Positions 58,012 through 64,000 of a DNA stretch of 64,000 nucleotides are shown here, one piece after another (position 1 is the stretch's first letter; the number at the start of each line of letters is the position of its first letter). The translations under genes and the position numbers were made by a program. Source of the stretch: Methanomassiliicoccales archaeon (GTDB lineage Archaea > Thermoplasmatota > Thermoplasmata > Methanomassiliicoccales > JACIVX01). The notes under the pieces are model-generated. The model was not told where the DNA came from. It was given only the letters and a program-made list of their open reading frames with translations, and searched no databases. The stretch lies in NCBI GenBank assembly GCA_029907465.1, contig JARYLV010000001.1, positions 8,544 to 72,543 on the forward strand. The letters are read 5' to 3'.

Positions 58012-59103
58012 ATGAGGGTTCGTTCAGGTGCTTGGATGGATGAGGGTCTTTTTACGAAAGCCCGGTCTATGATTTTTCCGAGACATGTCCTTGCGGGCCA
58101 CGGCGTACTTGATCAGGTACCTAACGTCTGCAAGGATTTTGGGTTGACCGGCACCGCCCTCATCATAGCTGGTGAAAAGACAAAGAAAATTGCGGGGAAT
58201 GCTGTTGCTGATCAACTTTCAGATCGGGGTTTTGATGTTCAATTTGCCATTGTTGGCGAAGCAACTAAGCAGAACCTCGAAACAACGGTCTCGATCGCTA
58301 GGGAAGTAAAGGCGTCTTTCATCCTCGGTGTTGGGGGAGGAAGCAAAATTGACCTAGCAAAAATGACAGCTAAGGAACTGAATTTGGAATTCATCAGCAT
58401 TCCTACGTCAGCCTCGCATGATGGAATCGCATCTGGGAGAGCCTCTCTCCGCAACAAGAATGGTCCAGTGTCCGTTGAGGCGAAAGTGCCATTGGGCGTT
58501 GTTGCAGACACTGCGATCATACTTAAGGCTCCGTACAGGTTGCTTGCTTCAGGATGTGCAGATGTAATTTCCAATTCAACGGCTCTGATGGACTGGGAAT
58601 TTGCAAGGCGGCTCCGGAATGAAGAATTCAGTAGATCCGCATATGCACTCGCAAGCTATACTGCACAAACACTCATCGAAAATGCTGATCTGATAAGACC
58701 AAACCTTGAAGAGAGTGTCTGGATTGCGATCAGACCTATAATCATTTCAGGGATTTCGATGAGCGTTGCCGGAAGCTCAAGACCGACAAGCGGATCTGAA
58801 CACATGTTTTCACACGCACTGGATCTGATCGCACCGGGTAAGGCGCTTCACGGCGAACAGTGTGGCGTTGGTTGCATCATGATGATGTATCTTCATGGCG
58901 GAGACTGGATGAGAATAAAGAATGCGCTGGCAAAGATCGGTGCACCGACAAATGCTTCGCAGCTCGGTGTCACGAGAGAACAGATCATTGAAGCACTCGT
59001 CACGGCCCATAAGATCAGACCTGACCGGTTTACTATTCTTGGAACCTCAGGTTTGACCCGTGAAGCCGCTGAAAGACTTGCTACAATTACAGGTGTCATC
59101 TGA
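58012..59103 (+). CDS. egsA: sn-Glycerol-1-phosphate dehydrogenase (archaeal lipid backbone)
   Basis: GVGGGSKIDLAK, PTSASHDGIASGRAS, SGSEHMFSHALD and LHGEQCGVG align with archaeal G1PDH. Start candidates are 57991 (TTG), 58012 and 58036 (ATG). Confidence 0.88.
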   Translation: MRVRSGAWMDEGLFTKARSMIFPRHVLAGHGVLDQVPNVCKDFGLTGTALIIAGEKTKKIAGNAVADQLSDRGFDVQFAIVGEATKQNLETTVSIAREVKASFILGVGGGSKIDLAKMTAKELNLEFISIPTSASHDGIASGRASLRNKNGPVSVEAKVPLGVVADTAIILKAPYRLLASGCADVISNSTALMDWEFARRLRNEEFSRSAYALASYTAQTLIENADLIRPNLEESVWIAIRPIIISGISMSVAGSSRPTSGSEHMFSHALDLIAPGKALHGEQCGVGCIMMMYLHGGDWMRIKNALAKIGAPTNASQLGVTREQIIEALVTAHKIRPDRFTILGTSGLTREAAERLATITGVI

Positions 59104-59144
59104 CTTTCATGATTTATGATAAACGATGAGGAAAAGGAGGTGAA

Positions 59145-59573
59145 ATGATGGTAATAGTGACATTAATAGGAGAACGCCAGGCAAAGGAGGGGGCTGAGTT
59201 CACATATAGGGGGCCTCTGACGGACTGCCGTGAGTGCAAATTGAAGGCCGTTTGCTTCAATCTGGACGCGGGCAGTGTATACAGAATTACTGCACTGAGG
59301 GATGTGCATCACGAATGCAGAATCCATGAGGACGGTGTCAGGGTCGTCGAGGTGGAAAAGATTCCAGTAAGGTGTGCCGTGATGCAAAAATACGCACTCG
59401 AGGGTTCAGTCGTAACGCTTGAGGAGATCAAATGCCTCAACATCGGCTGTGACCGTTACCGCATCTGCCACCCCATTGGAATGGAGAAGAACAGCAAGTG
59501 TAAGATCGCTAAGGTTATTGGTGAAATCAACTGCCCCGAAGGAAACAAACTTGTCGAGGTTGAAGTTGCCTGA
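59145..59573 (+). CDS. UPF0179-family archaeal conserved protein
   Basis: VTLIGERQAKEGAEFTYRGPLTDCRECKLKAVC...HECRIHEDGVRVVEV matches my recollection of UPF0179 proteins. Confidence 0.65.
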   Translation: MMVIVTLIGERQAKEGAEFTYRGPLTDCRECKLKAVCFNLDAGSVYRITALRDVHHECRIHEDGVRVVEVEKIPVRCAVMQKYALEGSVVTLEEIKCLNIGCDRYRICHPIGMEKNSKCKIAKVIGEINCPEGNKLVEVEVA

Positions 59574-59599
59574 TCATCTGTCTCCTGCCTCAGTCATCT

Positions 59600-60805
59600 C
59601 TAAAAGAAATGTACTTCAACTTTCGTCCCCTTTTCCACGATGTCGACATTCGGAGGGATCTCAATCCATCCATCAGCGTGTGCTATGCTCGTAATCGCCC
59701 CCGATTCCTTAAAGGCTGGATAAACTTGTCCGTCGATGACACGGACTGTTAAAAATTGATGCCTCCCCAGAGTGGCGGCATATTTCTTTGCCATTGGAAA
59801 TACGCCGATTACTTCTTGCTTTTTCGGCAAGCGGGCCATCTTCCTTGCTGCTGGAAGTAGAAACACGTATCCGTTTGTCAGACATGCTGTGGGATACCCA
59901 GGCATACCGAAAACCGGCGTATTTCCAATCAACCCGAATATCGTAGGCTTACCCGGTTTTATCTGGACACCATGAAATATCACCCTTCCAAGCTCAGTGA
60001 TCACCTGTTCAAGCACATCCCTCTCACCCGCTGAGCTCCCGCCTGAAAGGACGACCATATCATACTCATAGGCCTTCTTGAGAGCAGTTTTCAATTCCTC
60101 CGCTACGTCTTCGACGATGGGGTGCGCAACCGGCACACATCCGTTTTCGAGTAGAATTGAGGAAAGCGTGTAGGAATTAATGTCATAGACTTGCCCAGGA
60201 TTGAGCGGTTTTCCAACCTCAGCTACCTCGTTCCCCGTCGGAACGATCAAGACTCTCGGCTTTGCATAGACTGTTGCTTCACTCATCCCAAGGGCAGCGA
60301 TGACACCGACTTTCGAAGGGGTCAGTACTTCCCCACTCCTTAAAACCACTGTGCCAGCCCTGATATCCTCCCCTTTTTTTGAAATATTCGAGCCTGGCGG
60401 GACAGCACGAAAAATCTGAACGACATCGTTAATTCGTTCAGTGTTCTCCACCATCACGACAGCATCAGCTCCTTCAGGAATCATCGCCCCTGTCGCAATC
60501 TGCATACATTCGCCAACTCCGACCTTCTTGCTCGGAACTTCGCCAGCATGAACGGCACCTATGCATCTGAGCTCAACAGGTTCGAACTTGGCTGCACTAA
60601 AGGTATCTACTGCCCGTACAGCGTAACCATCCATAGCAGAGCGATCGTAAGGAGGAACATCGATTCCAGAGACGATATCCTCTGCGAGTACCCGAAGGAG
60701 AAGATCCGAAAGGGGAACGCGCTCCTCTCGCTCAATCGGTTGAACGAACTTCTCAACAAGCGTCTTTGCCTCATCGAGGGGGATCAGTGAGGCTAGCGGC
60801 TTCAC
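59600..60805 (-). CDS. moeA: Molybdopterin molybdenumtransferase MoeA
   Basis: LIPLDEAK N-terminus and MoeA domains (LSGGSSAGERD). GTG 60805 follows GGAGG and overlaps the moaB stop (GTGA). The ORF track start at 60895 would overlap moaB by 94 nt. Confidence 0.88.
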   Translation of the reverse strand: MKPLASLIPLDEAKTLVEKFVQPIEREERVPLSDLLLRVLAEDIVSGIDVPPYDRSAMDGYAVRAVDTFSAAKFEPVELRCIGAVHAGEVPSKKVGVGECMQIATGAMIPEGADAVVMVENTERINDVVQIFRAVPPGSNISKKGEDIRAGTVVLRSGEVLTPSKVGVIAALGMSEATVYAKPRVLIVPTGNEVAEVGKPLNPGQVYDINSYTLSSILLENGCVPVAHPIVEDVAEELKTALKKAYEYDMVVLSGGSSAGERDVLEQVITELGRVIFHGVQIKPGKPTIFGLIGNTPVFGMPGYPTACLTNGYVFLLPAARKMARLPKKQEVIGVFPMAKKYAATLGRHQFLTVRVIDGQVYPAFKESGAITSIAHADGWIEIPPNVDIVEKGTKVEVHFF

Positions 60806-61305
60806 CGATCTACCTCCCAAACCAAATGGCCTAGCTGAGGTAAGATCAACTTTTCCATCGCCAATTTCACAGCATTGGGGGAGCCTGGAAGGCATAGTAT
60901 GATCTTCCTGAAGGCAACGCCACCGATAGCTCTGCTCATCATCGCTGCGCTCCCGATTTCCAAATAACTCAGATATCTAAAGAGCTCACCAAAGCCTTCC
61001 ATCCTTTTCTCAAGGAAGGGGCAAACAGCTTCAATAGTCACGTCCCTTTTCGAAAGTCCAGTACCACCATTAATAATGATGACCTTTACGTCATCGTTCT
61101 CCAGGTCAGCTGTGATCGCGCTTTTGATCTCACCGATGTTATCCCTCACTACCCTGTAGTCCGTGACACGATGACCTCCAGATTGCAGCATTGTGATTAT
61201 GATCTTTCCAGACTCATCTGTATCACGGGTTCTCGTGTCACTGACAGTGATGACCGCACATGGAACGTTTGACACCGCGTGCTTTGCATGATCCTCATAG
61301 CCCAA
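60802..61305 (-). CDS. moaB: Molybdenum cofactor biosynthesis protein MoaB/MogA family
   Basis: AVITVSDTR ... IIINGGTGLSKRD ... CLPGSPNAV. Confidence 0.85.
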   Translation of the reverse strand: MGYEDHAKHAVSNVPCAVITVSDTRTRDTDESGKIIITMLQSGGHRVTDYRVVRDNIGEIKSAITADLENDDVKVIIINGGTGLSKRDVTIEAVCPFLEKRMEGFGELFRYLSYLEIGSAAMMSRAIGGVAFRKIILCLPGSPNAVKLAMEKLILPQLGHLVWEVDR

Positions 61306-61308
61306 AGA

Positions 61309-61746
61309 TCATTCCTCCTTTTCCTTCGAAATTACTTGTATGTCAGTGATCCGCGTAATTGGATATTGACCTCTCTCATCTTTCTCAAGATATTTGACCA
61401 TGTCCCATATGGTCAGGAGAGCGTTTGAAACGCCCGCCAATGCCTCCATTTCTACGCCAGTCTTATAGTTTGCCTTGACCTCAACAGAGCAAAGGACTGA
61501 GTCCTCATAGAGATCGAAGGTAACCGCCACGGACTCAATAGGAATTGGATGACAATATGGAATCGTTTGCCAGGTCGTTTTGACAGACTGGATTGCCGAA
61601 ATTTTTGCTGCCTCTAAAACATCGCCTTTCTTGACTTCTCCTGCTCTAATCGCATCGATTGATCTTTTCCCGAGGATAATTCTGCCAGTAGCGACCGCCT
61701 TCCTTTTCACGATCGGCTTCCCACTGATATCGACCATCCCAGTCAT
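61309..61746 (-). CDS. moaC: Cyclic pyranopterin monophosphate synthase accessory protein MoaC
   Basis: MVDISGKP ... IPYCHPIP ... GVEMEAL. ATG 61746 overlaps the moaE stop (ATGA). Confidence 0.88.
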   Translation of the reverse strand: MTGMVDISGKPIVKRKAVATGRIILGKRSIDAIRAGEVKKGDVLEAAKISAIQSVKTTWQTIPYCHPIPIESVAVTFDLYEDSVLCSVEVKANYKTGVEMEALAGVSNALLTIWDMVKYLEKDERGQYPITRITDIQVISKEKEE

Positions 61747-62153
61747 TTCTTGCCCTCCACCCAGACCTCGCCATCTTCGTAAACTTCCTTCTTCCACAAC
61801 GGCACTACTTTCTTGAGTTCATCGATGAGGAATTGCGCGGCTGCGAAAGCGTCTTTCCTGTGGGCACTCGCGACAGCGATCAGAACGATCTTATCCCCTG
61901 GAAAAAGCGTACCGATTCTATGCCAGATGACGACCTCCTGAATGTTAAAGCTCTTCATCGCATGATCTCTCAGTCTGATAAGTTCCTTTTCAGCCATCTC
62001 CTCGTACACTTCAATCTCCATTCTGACGAGCTTTTTCCCCTTTTCCTCGCCTCTCACGACGCCGACAAAACTCACGACAGCGCCAGTATCAATCGTCCGT
62101 ATCTTATTCAGAACATCATCAACAGAGAAATCATTCCTTGAAATGGTAATCAT
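61743..62153 (-). CDS. moaE: Molybdopterin synthase catalytic subunit MoaE
   Basis: GAVVSFVGVVR ... IAVASAHRKDAF ... PLWKKE. AGGAG lies upstream. Confidence 0.85.
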   Translation of the reverse strand: MITISRNDFSVDDVLNKIRTIDTGAVVSFVGVVRGEEKGKKLVRMEIEVYEEMAEKELIRLRDHAMKSFNIQEVVIWHRIGTLFPGDKIVLIAVASAHRKDAFAAAQFLIDELKKVVPLWKKEVYEDGEVWVEGKK

Positions 62154-62166
62154 CTAATCAGCTCCT

Positions 62167-62412
62167 TCAGCCTCCGCTCACGGGAGGTAAGAGGGCAATC
62201 TCATCTCCTTCTTTAAGGATCACATCGTCCCCTGCGTATTTCTTGTTAACTGATGTCACGATGGGATCTGTGAATCCATGAAGCCGGGGATAAAGACGCT
62301 TCAAGTCTTCGATAAGGTCTGAAAGTTTCGTACCTTGATTCATGTCCATCGTGATTTCATGTTGTCCGACGATTTCCCTGTAAGACGCAAAGAACTTGAC
62401 TTTTACTTTCAC
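62167..62412 (-). CDS. moaD: Molybdopterin synthase sulfur-carrier subunit MoaD (ubiquitin-like, C-terminal GG)
   Basis: Ends ...LLPPVSGG. GTG 62412 gives (M)KVKVKFFASYRE, the typical MoaD N-terminus. The ORF track start is 62439. Confidence 0.8.
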   Translation of the reverse strand: MKVKVKFFASYREIVGQHEITMDMNQGTKLSDLIEDLKRLYPRLHGFTDPIVTSVNKKYAGDDVILKEGDEIALLPPVSGG

Positions 62413-62539
62413 CCGATCAACTCCGGCGAGCATATACAATTTTGCCGATTCATGATAAGGATTTCGGTCTTTGCCCCGCTGGTCCTCGGAAGGTCTGGGA
62501 GATCGTCTCGGAATTCATCATCAAGAAGAAAGAAACACA

Positions 62540-63445
62540 TCACCTGAAGCTTTCTCCGGTGATCTTTTCGAACATCTCGATGTAAAGATCACTGATCTCC
62601 TCGACCTTACTTTGTGGAAGCGGCGGGATATCAGGCTCAGGAAGCCCTTTCTTCCGCGCATCCATGAGTTTATCGTAGTATCCGATCTCCCTATAGTATT
62701 GCCGAACAGCTTCTTTGCTGAGTTCGATGAATTTTCCAGCGGCGTATGCGTCCTGATCCCACCACCTATCCTCATCAGCGGTGCCGAAGGTGTCGACAAC
62801 CATGAGCCTCCTGTTCTCATCGAAAGCAAATTCCTTCTTGCCGTCAACATGGATTAGCATACGCTCTTCAGCTTCGGCAGCGATAATTTCGTCGATTCTT
62901 GTGATGATTTCTAGTATCCTTTCGAATTCCTCCTCCGTCAAACCAGAGATATCCAGTGCTTCTTTTCTTGACAGCTCCCTATCATATTTTTCAAGTTTTG
63001 TCGTTACCTCAAAATAAGGCTTTGGGATTTTTTCTCCGTAGCTCACCTGGTGATTCGGCGGGAATCCCAACTCTTCAGGTAGAACCTTCCCCGATTTGAC
63101 CCTGTCATAAAGGGAACCGGCGACATACCCCCGGCTGATAAATTCAAGAGGGATCAAGTAATTAGTGGTGTTGCAGTTTAATTTACTGTAATCGCTGATC
63201 ACGTCGACCTTCTTGACCCTCATGCGATTTGGTGGCACGAACTCTTTGAAGTGCGTCCTGATGCCATTTTTCTTGAGAATTTGAAACCAGAACACCGCAG
63301 TCCTGCAGAGAGTCTCTCCTTTGTACGGAATCTGTGTGGGTATAATTTTGTCAAACACAGAAATATTGTCGGTGAAGACGAATTCAAGCGTATTCTCATC
63401 GACCTCGTAAACCTGTTTTACCTTACCCACACGTATTAATCTCAT
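62540..63445 (-). CDS. purC: Phosphoribosylaminoimidazole-succinocarboxamide (SAICAR) synthase
   Basis: GKVKQVYEVDENTLEFVFTDNISVFD and a later LIPLEFI block. ATG 63445 is preferred to 63571. Confidence 0.85.
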   Translation of the reverse strand: MRLIRVGKVKQVYEVDENTLEFVFTDNISVFDKIIPTQIPYKGETLCRTAVFWFQILKKNGIRTHFKEFVPPNRMRVKKVDVISDYSKLNCNTTNYLIPLEFISRGYVAGSLYDRVKSGKVLPEELGFPPNHQVSYGEKIPKPYFEVTTKLEKYDRELSRKEALDISGLTEEEFERILEIITRIDEIIAAEAEERMLIHVDGKKEFAFDENRRLMVVDTFGTADEDRWWDQDAYAAGKFIELSKEAVRQYYREIGYYDKLMDARKKGLPEPDIPPLPQSKVEEISDLYIEMFEKITGESFR

Positions 63446-63586
63446 TGGGTCACCCACTATCGTAATCGGATTGTGGTTCTTATTATTTACGGTCTTTTCC
63501 AGATTGATGTCCAAGTCGATACGATCTACGGTGAGCTGATAGGTCGAGAACACTAAATAGTCGGAGTCCACCTATATGCGAAATGA

Positions 63587-64000
63587 ATGTCACTGCGTGT
63601 GAACGAGATCACAAAACCATCGCGGTTCAATGACATCAAGGAAGATTGGGATCGAATACTGACAACAAGCGGAGAAGATGAGGTCTTTCTCAGAACCGAG
63701 TGGATATGGACTTGGTGGAAGTTTTTCGGTGAAGGAAGGAAGATGATTTTGCTCGAGATCACTGACGGGTCTGCTGTAGTGGGATACGCACCACTGATGA
63801 TTTCTAAAGTCAGTAAACTGCCCCCATGGAAAACCGTTGAGTTCATTGCAAGCGACGCATCAGATCGTAGCGCCATTATCTCAGAGAATGGAAGGACTGA
63901 CGTGCATCAATGTGCATGGGAATATGTGCACCAATTGAAAGACTGGGATGGCATCAGTATCAGAAATATGCGAAAGGGATCGCCTACGGCAGAATACGCA
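63587..64000 (+). CDS. GNAT/FemAB-like (CelD/BioF2-type) acetyltransferase domain protein, C-terminus beyond the window
   Basis: Absent from the ORF track (no stop in the window). The translation from ATG 63587, MSLRVNEITKPSRFNDIKEDWDRILTTSGEDEVFLRTEWIWTWWKFFGEG...VVGYAPLM, matches the N-terminal pattern of that family. Confidence 0.55.
   Translation, partial: MSLRVNEITKPSRFNDIKEDWDRILTTSGEDEVFLRTEWIWTWWKFFGEGRKMILLEITDGSAVVGYAPLMISKVSKLPPWKTVEFIASDASDRSAIISENGRTDVHQCAWEYVHQLKDWDGISIRNMRKGSPTAEYA

Noticed and set aside
1-64000. Looked for CRISPR arrays, tRNA/rRNA genes, transposases and integrases across the whole window.
   Set aside because: I saw no regularly spaced direct repeats. There were no T-arm-like GGTTCGAATCC-type motifs in a tRNA context on either strand, no rRNA-like stretches, and no ORFs with DDE/tyrosine-recombinase features. 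This was a by-eye scan, so tRNAscan, Infernal and minced should confirm it.

Overview
This is a gene-dense archaeal chromosomal window (about 70 genes, GGAGG-type ribosome-binding sites, many ATGA/GTGA start-stop overlaps). It most likely comes from a methanogen or other Mcr-dependent archaeon. The main feature is a contiguous tetrapyrrole-to-coenzyme-F430 block at about 2.6-17.0 kb. It holds a CbiM/NikM-type ECF Ni/Co importer, a minus-strand operon sirC-hemA-hemB-hemL-hemC-cobA-hemD, and a divergent plus-strand cfbA-cfbE-cfbD-cfbC-cfbB operon. The rest of the window carries archaeal markers (sn-glycerol-1-phosphate dehydrogenase, UPF0179, DUF63) and three iron-sulfur flavoprotein paralogs. 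It also carries SufCB, a moaD-E-C-B-moeA operon, purC, and a dTDP-rhamnose pathway split in two. Further content includes metal homeostasis genes (ZIP, NikR-like regulator plus P1B ATPase, ArsM) and signalling proteins (one large RR-PAS-GAF-HK, two orphan receivers, one PAS protein with a His-less DHp domain). I found no rRNA, tRNA, CRISPR array, transposase or integrase. The candidates I rate most worth follow-up are: (i) an ASKHA-fold DUF1786 protein apparently co-transcribed with an HdrA-module/2x[4Fe-4S]/MvhD fusion; (ii) an ATP-cone::PD-(D/E)xK nuclease fusion; (iii) a Zn-ribbon::HisA/HisF-like barrel fusion; (iv) an iron-type alcohol dehydrogenase (Fe-ADH) coupled to a kinase-less PAS protein whose H-box His is Asp; (v) two AmiS/UreI-type channel paralogs in an AT-rich, gene-sparse segment; (vi) a tandem pair of unclassifiable ~63-aa paralogs; (vii) an Isf gene whose conserved N-terminus lies upstream of any canonical start codon. 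All calls come from reading translations and motifs by eye. No searches were run, and start codons and family names need HMM/BLAST confirmation.
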